A DNA stretch of 63,112 nucleotides, filler included, from Reclinomonas americana ATCC 50394 (lineage: Eukaryota): NCBI GenBank assembly GCA_048213135.1. It is 3 parts of 2 records of this genome, joined end to end, with 100 filler letters (N's around TTAATTAATTAA, not from the genome) between each part and the next. Parts side by side here need not be neighbours in the genome. Positions count along the whole stretch, not along the records: positions 1 to 26,972 come from PS015049.1; 2 more parts are not named here. One strand, given 5' to 3'. This document shows, in pieces, positions 11,045-24,519 of the stretch (its first letter is position 1; the number at the start of each line of letters is the position of its first letter). The position numbers were made by a program, and so were the translations under genes. The notes below the pieces were generated by a model. That model was not told where the DNA came from and made no database searches. It worked only from the letters and a program-made list of their open reading frames with translations.

Positions 11045-14000
11045 ATGTCGAGCGTGGGCGACGACAGCGTGTTGTCGACGCTGCGCAGCGTAAGCGAGTC
11101 GTTCTTTGTGCAACATGCATCGCTGGCCGCCACTGTGCACGCGTTGCCTTCATTCGATGCATGTCGCACTCTGGTCGGCACTCTCGTCGAGCATCATCTG
11201 AGCGGCGTTGCGTGCATTCTCTTTGGCGCCAGTAATGCATGTGACTGTGTGTAGGTGATAGGGAAGCCTCACCGCACCGCTTCACTCCACAGTTGCGCGT
11301 GTCGCGAGCGTGGGCGAGTGCGCTGCGTGTGGAGCACTTGTCGGAGTGGATGCATGCACAGCGGTGGTCGCACAGCGACGCCAGTGCATTCCTTTGTCTC
11401 TCGTTGCTGGCTGGCCTCGCGTCGCGCTGTGGAGAAGAGGCGGAGGGAGAGCAGAGAGGAATGGTGGCAAAGGAGGAGATCACGTGGACAGTCGTGTGCA
11501 TTCCGAGCTTTGCCGCGTACCGTTTGGCCCTGGGCGGCGAGTTCTTCCGCACGAGAGAGCTGGGTTCGTTCGCCTTTCCCACCAAGTGTATTGTGATGAT
11601 GGTTGAGTTGCGAGTGCTGATGGATGCACAGCCGCACGGCTCTTGCTGGAGAGTGCATTGCGATCGTCTGCGTTGCTGGATCGAATCGTTGCCGAGTGCA
11701 GTGCAGCGCTGCTGACCACCGACGAACAGGCGGTCTCACTGATCGGCTACAGTGTCGATGCCACTGCCGTGATCCACGGCGTCGGCAGCGGGGACAAGAC
11801 GCCGTACGTGACGGGTTGTGCATCGGTGGTGCGATCGATGGCCGACGCTCTGCTCGCCGGCACGCTCTCGGTACGCTGTTTCTCTTCTCCTCCGAGCGCC
11901 CTTGTTGACTGTTGATCTCATCATACCTTGCGTGCCAGTGTTCACCATCGATCGCCGCACTGCTGGAGGAGCAACTTGACAGCTTGGCACACGGCAGTGG
12001 ATCCGGTGCGGTGCGAGAGGCACGACGGTGGTACTTGTGCCCGTTGGTGTCGGCCGTGCTGGCGCACACTCCCGACTTTGTGCAACGGAACCAACTGGCG
12101 CAGGCATGTTGTGACACCGTGCTTGAGGTGTCAAGTGGCTGCTCACTGACATGTCGTGTCGCAGGTGGTTTTCCGCTCGCTGCTGTCGAGCCACTCATTC
12201 GGACCGTGGCACCGTGCAGCATTCTTCTCCTGCGTATTGCAGCTGTCGACTGAGCTCGCAGACGGATTGGGCACGCGCACTGGTTCGCGTCGCATTCTTA
12301 ATCGAAAAGTCTTGTTCGGTTCAGCAGCTCATTTGCTGCGTGGCAGGTGTGGATGTGCGCTTGGACGCCAGCTTCTGGAAGATGCTGCAGACCGGCATGT
12401 GCACCACCGAGTACGGTGAGCACATGGCGGCCGCTGCCGTCCTGCGTCGCATCATTCGTCTGTCGAGTGAGGCGGCGGCGGCAGAGGACGGTCGAGTCGC
12501 ATGGATACCGTTGCGTTGTCGGCGATGACAGAATATGCGCATTCTGCTCTGACTTGTGTGCTTTTCTCTCTCTCGCCAGAGAGTTCTCGTGGAGTCTGGC
12601 CGCCTGTGCACGACTGGAAGAGATGTGGGCACGCTACTTTCTGGTGTACACTACCGTTTCGGAGAACAGTCCGCACTTGTTGAAGGTGCGATGAGAGCAA
12701 GCGCTGAATTGCAGGCAGCCACTTGCTCATTGCCACAGTAACAGGCCATGTTTCGCTCCATTGATTCGCTATTGCCGACGGCGGAGGGCCGTAGTGTCGA
12801 CGGTTTGTGCTGATCGCGGTTCCTCTCATCGGTGTATGACAGACTGACAGACTGGCTCACGCAGCGAGTGTGGCGCCGCTGCACTTCTCCTGGATCGGAG
12901 TGCTATACATGCGCGGCTTTGCGCATGTCAACATGGCGGTCGTTCGACAGGTGACGAACCACGCACTGGCGTTCGCCTTTGATGCTCACCCACCGGGTTA
13001 CATGCCGGCTCATTTCGTGCACGGTGAGAAGTCCTTACCCAAATGGCGGAGGAGGGGAGTGTGCCGCTAAAGGTGGCTCTGCGCAGAGGTCATGTTACCG
13101 CACTTGGACATGAGTCGCTCCCTGCAATATTCGGCCGACATTCCTGCGGTGACCACGCACTTTCTGGCGCGATACATCGACAACGCAGTCGACCAGGTGC
13201 GTTATCGATGTGGTGCTGCATTCTCAAGTTAGGGGTTGTTTACTTACTGTGCACTACAGGTGGCCACGGCTTGCGGGCTCGTGGAGGCTGTGCGATCATT
13301 TGACAAACCCGAGCTGTGGACCACCATGTCCATTGTGACAGCGATTCGTCAGGCGGCCGGCACGGCTGCCAAGCGACACGTAGCTCTCGTAAACACTGAA
13401 CTGTTGCAGAGCATCACGATGCTCATGGATCTGCGTGATCGCGGCTGGTGAGTTGTCGCCGTGTGTGTGACCTGTGATTTGGCCCACAATAACACGAACT
13501 AGGACCATTGCGCTGGAGGCGAGACTCGATGTTATTCTCATGGATATTGTCTCGATTGGTCGCACGCCGACATTCGATGACACCCTGGCACTCGTGGACC
13601 TGGTGCGTTTTGTCGCACGCTTGAACCCGCGCGTCGTGGCGGCTCGCGAGGTGCCCGGAGTCGCTCGTTTCTGCGAGTGGGTGACCTCGGTCTGTGGTAT
13701 TCTTCGTTCTCATGGCATCCGCAATCATCTGTCTCACTTTGCGGCGCAGGCGCTGTCGTCTGTGTCGGAAACGATTGTCGATGAAGCCTTGCACGAGCTA
13801 TTTGCCAACAACGGTGAGCATTGACACGTGCTGCGTGTCAACACGCATCCTCCTCACTCATTGGTTGGTCGCCCTGCTTTTGCAGTACCGTCGTCGGCCG
13901 TGAGTCGTGGCTTGATGATGCTGATCTACTTTGTGGAGCCTCTGCAGACGCGTCTGACACGACTCGTTTGCGAGAAGACCGCCGAGTTGTACAGGTAGAG

Positions 14001-17000
14001 ATCAGTTGATGTCTGTGCGCACCCTGCTGTTGCACGGATGTCTCACTCGCTGCCAGTCACCCGTACGTTGCGGCAGACCGCGTCCAGCGCACTGTGCAGG
14101 CCTTTGTGGATCTGTGCGACATTGCGGCCGCTGTTGGACCTGATGGTGCGCATCCCTCGCCCCTTCTCTCCTCACAGATCTCTCATTCCTCCATACAGCC
14201 CAGTGCGCACCTGCGTGGGGAGTCGTGGGACAAGAGAGTGGCAGGGTAGCGCGGGAGATTGCCTCCTTTGTGCAATCACAGAGCGACGCACCAGATAGTG
14301 GTGCGTGTGGACGTGAGAAGTATCTTGCTCATCACCGGTTGACTTTTGCCTATATGTGTCGCGCAGATCTGTTTTCTGCGTGCGTTCGTGCGCTGGCACA
14401 CTTGCACCGTCGTCACGCCAATCTGCCGTTTGTAAGCGATGCCGTGGAGAGCGTGTGCGGCATGGGCGCGCAACTATTGCGGAATTCATCCTCTGGTGAC
14501 GTTGTTGTTGCGAGGTCTTGCGTGTGGAAAATGTGGCTGACCGCATAGCATTGCTGTCGGTGGTGCAGTGGAGCAAGCCATGACCGGCATGTCAGTTGTT
14601 GGCAGGCTGTTTGCATCGCAGGCTCAATTCGACGAACGCACACCTGTTGCGTAGCCGCGTTGGTTGGTGTGCGCAACACTCCGTCTATGTGATTGACACA
14701 TGGTGACCAGGGGCGAGTGGACATGTGGCAGCAGCGATTGCTCGAGCTCATCAACTTTTCTCTCGCAAAAGCTCGCGGTGCCGATGCACAACAGCAGCAA
14801 AGGTGTGGTGTGATTTCCTGCATCGGCAATGTCTCAATACCTAACTGAGTCGTCGGATGTGTGTGCGCAACGCAGTACCCCGGTCCGCCAGTTTCACTTT
14901 TACCAGTACAATGCCGCGCATTTGGTGTGCGCTGCTCTGGTGGAGACGGTGTGTGTGTGTGTGTGCTTCTCGTCGCATTGTCGCCGGTCCAGCTGTCGCC
15001 GACAGTGCACAATCACAGACGGCCAGAGGAAATGTCGACTTTTGGAGGAGTGTCGCCTCGCGATTGTGCGACATGCTGGACTGTGCGGAACGCGGCCTGG
15101 TGGTCGCTCTCGGCGATGCAGCACTGTGTGCAGCCGATGCGCTGCTCGATTCGGATCCAGATGAGGTGTGATTTCGGTGGCGATTCGTTGATTTTCTAGT
15201 TCTGATCCACTGACTCTGCTTGCACGCCAGGCAATTACAACCATTCGTGCCGTGTGGCATAGCTTCTTCTCGGAGCGCGTGCTCGACGCCTGTCATGTAG
15301 CAGCTCTGTCGCGAATGTTTGGCGAGCGCTTCCTTGCGCACCCGTCACTGTCTGCATTCATGAAGGAGGTAACTTCTGTGCCAGCTTACCGGCGAGGTGA
15401 CTGTGAGCGTCGTTACACACTCATTTTCGTGCTGTGCAGTTGCTGAGCTCGGCGTTGGACGCGTTCAGCAGCAACTATCGCATCATGTATCCGATTGCCG
15501 CGGTGGTGTGCCGAACGTGCGCGCGTCTGCCACGCCTCCTGCTGCGCTATGTGGAGGTCAGTGACCATCACTTCCGTTGCAGTTGGCGGTGTCAGCTCAT
15601 CACTTTTGCGCAACAGGAAATCTACCGCATGTGCATGTACATGACGGATTCGACGACGGACAATGAGGCGGAGCTCAGCCGTGCTGTGCTGACTGTTGTA
15701 CGCGTCAGTGGCGATGATACGTGGTTCGCCACTGTCCCCTTTTTTCCGTGGGTTCTTCCGCACGATTGTGCTCACGAGTTGCGGCATGCAGGTTGAACGC
15801 CGTGTTCCCGAGTTACACCATGCTGCTGGAGAAAGTCCGAGCCGTGGCGCTGTCGGCGTTGCACGCTGTGGCCATTCTGCCATCAGCGAATGCGGCCATG
15901 CAGCGGTCCATTCTCGAGCGTGTGCTGGAGCTCGTCGGGGAATGCATGGCTCTCAACAGACGGCACAATGAGGAGAATCTCTTCCTGCACAGTCCAGTGG
16001 AAGGAGTTATGTCGCCTCTCGGAAACACGGTTGCTGCTCGCACTCACGGTGCCTTACCTTCCTCCAGGTGATGGTAGCGCAAGTGCTGAGCGTGCTCACA
16101 CCGTGTACGACGCTGGAGACGGCGGCCATGCTGCTCGAGCCGATTGGCAAGGCTCTGGGATTCGGGTTGCATCCGTCGGTGCGCGAGTTGTTTGAGAACT
16201 TTATCTGCCGCTTGGTCCTCCGTTTCCCGACGCTGCTGCGCGACTCGCTGTGCAAGTAAGTCGGGAGGTCTTGTCGCCCGTTCTCTCAGCTTTGTGGTGG
16301 CTGACAGGCTCGCGCGCGTCTCATGTGCAGGGAGTTGACCAACTTTGAACTGAAACCGATTCGTGCCGCCAGTCTGGTGGCCATCACCTGCATGTATCTG
16401 CTCGCAGTGGAACGTGCAGAGTTCCTGGATGTGTTGAAAAAGGTTGCAACGTGCCGCTGGGTGGCACGAAGAGGTGAAGCGCGATCTCACGCATGCATTC
16501 ACAGGAGTTTTGGACGGTATCGGCCTGGATCGCCACGCATTACCACTTGACGTGCAACTTGGTGCAGTACACGTGGGTCAAGGTTCACGAGCGACTGCAG
16601 AGCGAAGGGTTGCGTGCGCTCCTCCGTTCGCTTCGTGCGTATTTTTTCTCGTGCTCACCACGCTTCCTTCGGCAGTGGATCCCCCTTCACGCCCGAAATG
16701 AGTGCGTTCCTGGAGAGCGTGGTAACATATGTGCGCACCAATCGAATTGCCCAAAAGAGCTTCCGTAAGGTGCGGGTTGAGTGGTATTGCTCTCCCCCCC
16801 TGTAATGCACAGCCCCTCAACACTAGTCGTTGTTGCAGAACATTCAATATGTGGCGCGCAATCAACAACGCGTCTTCCACCTCCCTGCTGTGCTGGCGGT
16901 GGAGACGTTGACGGACCCGGAGCTCATCCGCGCCTCTCTGAGTCGGGTACGATGTGCCGTCACTGTCTCTCTTCTATTCACAACAGACAGTCGATTCTCA

Positions 17001-18088
17001 TCTTATCGACGTGCAGAACCTGATGCTCAGTGTGCGACTGGCGGGCTCCGAGTTCGCCAATCTGTTGGTGCACGACGAGCTGCTGCCCGGGTACCGTGAG
17101 CGCACGCTGCGCGATCTGGTCTGCGAGCTGCCGGCCGTTGTTCTGGACGACGACAGTCGAGAAAGCCAGCCGCTGTCGCCACCGGCGGATGAGATGGAGT
17201 GGACACAAGGTGCGTAATGGTGCTGCTAGTGATCGAGGAGTTGTCCTTGTGGCAGTTGCTCACCTCCAGTGTAATGCGCCACAGCGTCGCAACTGGTGGA
17301 GGCCAACTGGACGAGTCCCGAAGTCGAAAACTTTCAGCGCAAGGCTCGGACTGTCACAGACGAGACGCGTGAGTTCATTCTGGATCCAACGCGTGTGCGC
17401 AGTCACGGGTATGCTGAACCAACAAAGTGCTCGCTGTCCTCCAAATATCTATTCTGACACTGCGTTCACCAGACATCGGCACGAACTGATTCTGGTGGCC
17501 TCGCTCATTGACAAGGCCCCGAACCTCGGCGGCCTGTCGCGCACCTGCGAAATTTTCAATGTCGGCAAGCTGGTGGTCGCCGACAAGACTGTCATGCAGG
17601 TGCGCGCGCCTCACCGACACCACCGCACAGCGCTCCCTTGCGACTCACCGCGACACAGGATACCATGTTTGTGCAACTGGCCATGACAGCCGAGCAGTGG
17701 CTGCCCATCGAAGAGGTACCAGTGGCCGACCTACCGGCCTACTTGCACCGCATGCAACACGACTGCGGCTACACACTGCTCGGCCTGGAACAAACGTCGC
17801 AGAGCGTCAGTCTCGAGCACTTTGAGTTCCCCGCGCGCTCGCTACTGCTCCTCGGCAGCGAGGGCGAGGGCATCCCACCAGAACTCCTCTCGCTGCTCGA
17901 GCGCACCATTGAGATCCCGCAATTGGGCGTCGTGCGCTCCCTCAACGTCGTTGCGTACACAGCTGCGGAAATGTGTTTTTGAAGTGGCGCTAACTAATCA
18001 TCCGCAGCACGTCAGCGGTGCCGTGGCCATGTGGGAATACACCAAACAGCGAGCTTTCGGCGGGCATGCAGTTCCTCTTCCGCAATGA
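11045..18088 (+). CDS. TARBP1: tRNA (guanosine-2'-O)-methyltransferase, TARBP1/Trm3 family (long helical N-terminus + C-terminal SpoU domain)
   Basis: C-terminal SPOUT motifs LILVASLIDKAPNLGGLSRTCEIF, LLGLEQT, LLLGSEGEGIP, IEIPQLGVVRSLNV|HVSGAVAMWEYTKQ. Long multi-exon N-terminal region. Stop TGA 18086-18088. Internal exon boundaries are approximate. Confidence 0.88.
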
Positions 18089-18143
18089 ATTCCAACTGTG
18101 TCCTCGCAGCGTCCTCTGTTAGTGCATTGTTCGTTCTCATATC

Positions 18144-19772
18144 ATGGGCGACAGTGACTACGCTGCATGGCCGACCTCGCCCAGCGCGGCTGCGCGTGTG
18201 GGCATCAACTCACTGGCGGCCTCCTTCACCGCCGACTCTCCTCGCCACGCCCCTCAACGCAGTCTCCCTGCGCAGTCGACTCCGCTCTACACCTCCAGTC
18301 GCTCACACTCTGCGGCCTCCTCCACGGGCTCCTCGCCTGCGCATCGTCCACAGTCGCACTCGGCACTGATGGTCTCCGGAGATCGCTTCATGTTGGACGA
18401 GGAGGAGGAGGAGGGAGATGAGGTCATGTTCCGCAGTGCAAAGGCCTATGACTCGTATGGTGAGAGAGATAGAGAGAGAGAAGAGTGTGTGCATGTGTGC
18501 GTGTGATGATTGTGATTGATGCATTGCATGACTGACTGATGCCTTTGTTTGATTTCAGCTGCTTCCATGTCGCCTAGTGGGCGGTTGCGCTTGCTGCCCT
18601 CGACTATCTTTGCTGGTTTGTGTGTGTGTGTCGATGTGTGTGTCTGCGTGGATTCTGTTTCTGACTGTTGCACAGGCGAGGAGCAAGAGTTCGGAGGATT
18701 GGCTGTTGCGTTTTCTGCTGTCTGCGAGCTTGTGTTTCCTTCCTCACTGTGTGCGTGCAGAGACATGCGGAGGTGACGATGAGGCAACGGTGGCTTGGTG
18801 AGTGCGGATGTGATTGTCGTGACGAGCATCCTTTCGCTGACTGCTTTGTTCTCGTGCAGGAATGTGCTCATGTGGACGGCGCAGCTACGATGTGGTGGGC
18901 GTGGACAAGGCCATTCTGTTCCGGTTGCGCAACAAGAGCAACTGTTGTTGCAACCATGTGCGTCGTGTTGTTCTGTGATGAGCGACCTCCGAGCATTCAT
19001 TCTCATCCTTTCATCTGCAGTGCGTGACTTTTTGTTCCGAGACCGAGTTTGTGGCGCGGACGAGGGCTGTCGGTGGCACGCCGCACAGCGAGGACGCGGA
19101 TGACTCGGATGATGAGAGTGCAGGCGGGCGACGCACTCCGCGAACCGGCGACGGAGTGGTGTTCTCCATTGTGCAGCAGGCGTCGTGTTTGTCGCGGAGC
19201 ATGTATGTTGCGTACTCGTGCTGCAGTGGCGTGACAGGGAAGGAAGGTTGCAGTTGGTGATCGCGTTTCCGCCACACACAGGTGTACGACAACGAGGACA
19301 CGCCAATAGGGCGCACGTACCGGCCGATCTTTTGCTGTACGCAGCGAATCGATGTGTTTATGCGGACACCGCTGGAGGGCGAACGGAAAGTGTTTGAGGT
19401 CGAGTCCATCCGCGCGTGCGTCGGCTGCAATGACGTTGCGTGGACCTGCCGTACGCGTCCGTCCTTTTTGTTGTCGCCCGACCCACCTCCCCTCGCGCGC
19501 AGTATTCATTCATCATCCGCTCTGCGGAGTCTGGCGAGGAGTTGGCCGTCATCACACGACGCTGGCAAGGTCTCTGCAAGGCCGCGATGAATCTAGAAGG
19601 TGCGTTCTGCTCGTTATTGTTGTGCGGTTGAACAGGGGAGGGCCTGACTGTGTCTGCAGACTGGAGCATCTCGTTTCCGCAGCATGCTGGGGCCATTGAG
19701 CGCGCCTTGTTGGTCGCCGCCGTCGTGCACCTGGATGTTGTCTTGGGTCAGCAGAAGAGTGGGTCGTCGTAG
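18144..19772 (+). CDS. Phospholipid scramblase / tubby-C-like domain protein
   Basis: Spliced C-terminus VYDNEDTPIGRTYRPIFCCTQRIDV...YSFIIRS...ELAVITRRWQGL...WSISFPQHAGAIERALLVAAVVHLD matches the scramblase pattern (I.K.W.G...F.I.FP......KALLL.A...ID). Stop TAG 19770-19772. Confidence 0.72.
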
Positions 19773-19834
19773 AGCATAAAAGTAATGACGGCGTGAAATG
19801 GTGAAACGTAAACAATCCTGGCAAATATTTTCAT

Positions 19835-21569
19835 TCATTCATCATTCATTATACGTGTGGAGTCTGGTGGTCGCAGCAGTCGAGCGGTGAGCGGATTTGG
19901 CGTATCGTACGCCCCCGACTTGCTCAGCAGCACCACCGAATCGTGGTGTGTCGCTGTGGTATCCTGCAGCTCTGTTGAAGCAGCAAAGGATGTTGTGGAG
20001 GCGCGCCGCTTGTCCCACAACCACTGGCCGACCCACACGCAAACACGGAACAGGAAGCCGCAACCACCAGCAATGCTGATGAGCGAGGCAATGTATGCGG
20101 TGGGCGATATGGCAACCTGGGCGACAATGAGCGAACGGGCGACGAGGACACAAGAAGCTTCATCCTCCTCCGCCGCACCTCGCGGTACGTGAGAGCACCG
20201 GCTCCGTCGAGAACAAACGCAATGATCGACACGTACATGTCGTCGGGGTTCAGCGCTCCACCAGTGGCCGCCATGCTGTACCGGGTGTAGTTCTCACTCG
20301 AGTTGAGGAACCTGGGTGGGGGGACACAGATGAGGTCGCCGACGGAGGGAGAAACAAAGAGATTGACGCACTCGTATGTGACCGGGGCCATCACGATTTC
20401 GTTGTTACTAGTCTGTGGTCAGGCACGTCAGCACGTCGGCAAATCATCATGCCAGCAGGGACCAGCATACCGTGTTGACAATTACGCCTGTCACCGTGTC
20501 CATGGAAGTGGTGACTGCGCGAAGCGAGTGAGAGGGAGGGAGAGATAGCAGAATGCGAGGATGAAGAAGGAAGGAGCAGTGAGTGAAGGAAAACAGAGAG
20601 GGACTGAGCGAGGTTTGTTGGCGACGCAACGTTGGCCAAACATGAGTTTCACCGACGAGGCGACCGTCGACTGCACAAAACACCGTAGGTTACAATCCAC
20701 GACGAAAGATCCCAGAAGAGGGTCATCGAAGAGCGCACCGTGGTGTCGGGAGTAAAGACGACCTTGGAGATGTCGAGTCCCGGCTTCGGCGTCATCGTGT
20801 ACACCATGAGCTGTGTGCTCCCCGGCGGCGCCGGCTTCTCCAGCATGAAGATCAGCGGATTACCTATGAGCACCGAACCCGGCAGCGTCTGCAGCGATCC
20901 GAGATTGCAGTCACAGTGGAGACAAGCTGCGAAGACGGATGAAAAGTCGAACCTGCGCGACATTGACCATCCAGCAGTACGCTCCTTTCTGTTGATAGAT
21001 GGACAGCAGTGGCGGCACGTTACCAGCAGAAGGCCATCTGTGTGTGCATCAGCGGAGGAATGGTGTCCACTGAGAGAGAGAGACTAGTCAAGAAAAAAAA
21101 AAACGCAACACTGCCTCATCGCAGGGCGTGAGGGTGGCCGCCGAGGTGTCCAGGAAGCAGCGGAACACGGGAACGTACTGTGGCACATCGGCACGGTCCA
21201 TAACAAGACACACAGAGAACATGGGAAGCTGACCAGTCACGCGCGAGGCTGTCACAGACAGGTCGGGATTCTGCGCGTGCATGTGATGAGATCAATCATC
21301 CTCCCTAGTCAGTCACTCACGCGCTCACTTGCTCACCTGGTGTGACTGCACAAGGTGCACCGTCTGCAGCACGCGCAGGCATGTGAGGCGCGCAGTGTGT
21401 GAGTGTGAGCAGGAGGGAGGGGGCAGAGAGAGAGACGCACATAGTACACAAAGAAGGCGATCCACACGAGTGCGGCCAGCAGCAGTGGCCAGCGAAGAGT
21501 CAGCCACTGTTGTGAGCGGTACCATGGAGTGGAGACTGGTGGTGAGGAGGGAGTGGAGGTGCCCCACAT
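19835..21569 (-). CDS. Hypothetical two-transmembrane protein with a large loop (ENaC/PAC-like topology)
   Basis: ATG 21569. TM1 RWPLLLAALVWIAFFVYY|TVHLVQSHQ|NPDLSVTASR. TM2 ALTYRE|VAISPTAYIASLISIAGGCGFLFRVCVWVGQWLW followed by DKRR. Clean GT-AG junctions at both ends; middle exons not fully resolved. Confidence 0.6.
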
Positions 21570-21765
21570 CCCTCCTGTCACTGTTGACTGCGTGGCCTGC
21601 TGACTGTCCAACACTCTGCCCTCTGACGGACTTCGCGTGCTTTTGTTGTTGTTGTTGTTGTTTTACTATTGACCAAGTGAGGATATGCAACGTTGTGGTG
21701 TGCAGTACACCGGTACAGGTACGAGAAAACAGAAAGACGAAACAGAGAGAAGGAAGGAGGTTGCG

Positions 21766-23780
21766 TCAGCGCGTGACGTCGAGCAGCACGGCGGCGGCAG
21801 CGTGCGCGCCCGATGTCTCCTCCTGCTGCATGCGTTGTGCGGCCCGCTGTGCGTTTTCGCGATACCTCGACTGGTCCATAGCCTCGCCGAGCACCTGTGT
21901 CAGCTTCTTGCTGGTGACGTCGGTCCACTTGAGTGGTTTCGGACCAAAGCCCTGCTCCTGCACGCGCTCCGCCCAAAAGTGTTGTGATCCACCGTGCCAC
22001 AGGACCACCGTTGGGAGGCCACAGATGAGACCAGCGTGCACTGTGGTCGGTCCACCGTGGTTGATGGCTAGCCGCGAACGAGCGTACAGCCAGCGATGTG
22101 GTACAGGATCCGCAATCAGCAGCATGTGTTCTACGCAGGCAGGAAAGCATGATGAGTAAGAGAGTCCACCATTTCCTCTGTTCACGTGTGTTGCTGCTGC
22201 TACTCACCAGACTCGGGCGCCTCGTAACCACCGGTCAGGCACACGCCGCGCAATCTTAGCTTTTGCAGGGCCTCGATCATGGCCCGCAGCAACTTGTCCG
22301 CGCTGCCAGGATCAGCGTACGACAGAATCGCCTCCAACACCACGGCCACCATGGGCACTCGTTCCCGTTCCGCACGATCGAGGTACGCGACAAGCTCCGC
22401 TGATGGTGTGTACGATTCGTAGTCCTCCAGCAGCGCTCCAATCACGTGATCCTCACCAAACCTACGGCGAACGAAGATGAGGAGGGGAGTGCCGACGGCC
22501 ACTGCGAACTCTCCATCATATGCACGCACCAATCGTCGGGTTTCGGCAGCAACTCGCTCGAGTAAAAGTACAGTCGCGGCACCGAGTATTCAAACACGAG
22601 ATCTTCGGGACCACCATCCTCCTCAATCGGCAGCAGACCGTACTCGGCGCGCTTCGCATTCACCGCCTCCTTGTACACCGACTTCCATATCAGTTTGCGG
22701 CCGTAGGTCCACTTGATCTTGCTGACGAATTTGAACAGGCTCTTGCCGTCGCCAATCTGCACTCCGATCGTTGGTGAGACAAAAAGAAGAAACAAATGTG
22801 CCGAAGAAAGAAACGCAACTGGCGGTGCAAAGTCCTTGGTCGGTGTACTTGGATTGGCGTGCATGACTGCGCGGGGGAGAGTGGCGCATGAGGACCACAC
22901 AAACGTGAGGAGGGATGGAGGGATTTTCTTGACTGACCAACATAAGGTGTCTGCTGCGGGTATTCGGCCACCGACGACGCTCCCAGGGCCGAGAAGCTCG
23001 ACAGCCCAATGACATCAAAGGGTCCACGCTCGCGGATAATGTGCACCAAGTCATCGTTCCACGCGGCAATCAGCGGCTCAAGGAACGACCGCAGCACCTT
23101 GGCCGCAGTGAATCTGGTGTTTTCACCTCGTCGTCAACGCGACAATGGACACACGGCAGCACAACAGGCAGCAGTGGAGAAAGTTACGCACATGCTGAAA
23201 TCCGACTGCGACACGCGCCGCCCCAGCTCCGTGGTCCGCATGCCCTCCTCAAAACTGAGTCACGCTCCTCACTTGAGCGCATTCCACAATGGACGACGAA
23301 CGATGACGACACACACCTGCCACCGACCACAGCCGCCTCCACGCCACTCGCCTCCAACTGGTGCACGTAACCAGCATGCGTGGCCACACACACTGAGTGG
23401 CCCATCGACATGAGCAGACGACTCAGCACCAAGAACGGCTCCACATCGTAGCGACTGCCCACAATGGCCTACGAAGACACACAAGAGAGTGAGAGAGAGG
23501 CACAGGAGGAGGAGAAGAACGTCCAGCGCGCACAGACCGCGAGGAGAATGCGTCGTGCACCGCTTGCCTCGAGACCGCCCTGAGAGGAGGGAAATTGTTC
23601 GTCAGCCAAAAGGAGAAATGCGTGAGTGAAGAGTGAGTGTGTGACAGTGAGAGAGTGGCACGTGTGTGAGTACACAATGGAAAAGGAAGAAACACACTTG
23701 ACACAGTGCGCGGAATGAGCGACTGTGACACATGTGATTGACCGAGACTCGTGGACACAATCTGTGTGTGCAAGTGTGTG

Positions 23781-23847
<67 letters not shown>

Positions 23848-24274
23848 AAGTGTGTGTGTATGTGTGTGTGTGTGTGCGTGAGTGAGTGCGGTGTGAGTGT
23901 ATGTGTGTGTCAGTGTGTTACGTGTGCTAACTCTCACTCTCACACTGTGCGCGCAAGACACACACACAGAGAGAGTTGCACACTCAAGACACTGTTGCAC
24001 ACTCACTCAAGACACTCTCACTGAAAAGGCAAAACGCAACTGCTTCTCCAGTCGTCTCATGATGATGATGATGAGCAGGAGGAGGAGGATGAGCATGCAC
24101 GCGATGTGGTGCAGAGCTGCTTCCTCCCGCTGCCTCCGCCTCTTCCTCTTCCCGCGCAGCTTGCTCCAACAACTCCGCGTCCACAACCTCTTCTTCTTCT
24201 TGTTCCTCGAGCTTCTCCTCGTCTTCTTCCTCCTCGCAAGAGGCAAAGCCGTCGTCGTCGTCTGCTGAGCTCAT
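21766..24274 (-). CDS. GT1 / GT-B glycosyltransferase, sterol 3-beta-glucosyltransferase-like
   Basis: RRILLA|AIVGSRYDVEPF...GHSVCVATH, LYFYSSELLPKPDDW, VPHRWLY...INHGGPTTVHAGLICGLPTVV...QHFWAERV. The acidic first exon (ATG 24274, across a (CA)n intron) is tentative. Confidence 0.8.
23763..23880. repeat. (GT)n/(CA)n microsatellite, probably intronic
   Basis: Long near-perfect GT dinucleotide run with GCAA interruptions. Confidence 0.95.
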
Positions 24275-24519
24275 TCTCTCTCGCAAGCACGCGCACACTG
24301 TCGCGCTCTCTGATGAAGTCCGTCTGTGTCAAGTCCGGATCTGCTGCGAAGGCGTCAAATTTACGTGAATTCGAATTAATTTCCCTCACAGTACCTTGTC
24401 CATCCTCTCCCAACTGCAACACGGTTGATGGGCGTGCCCGATTCTCCGCTCGTATCTGCGAGGCATGTCACGCTCGCCACATCGTGGATACATGTACATT
24501 CGAGGAGCGATCGTGACTG

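Noticed and set aside
23469-24024. His-Thr and Val-Cys repeat ORFs (also 62433-63112 and 61400-61690)
   Set aside because: Translations of (CA)n, (GT)n and (AGAC)n microsatellites.
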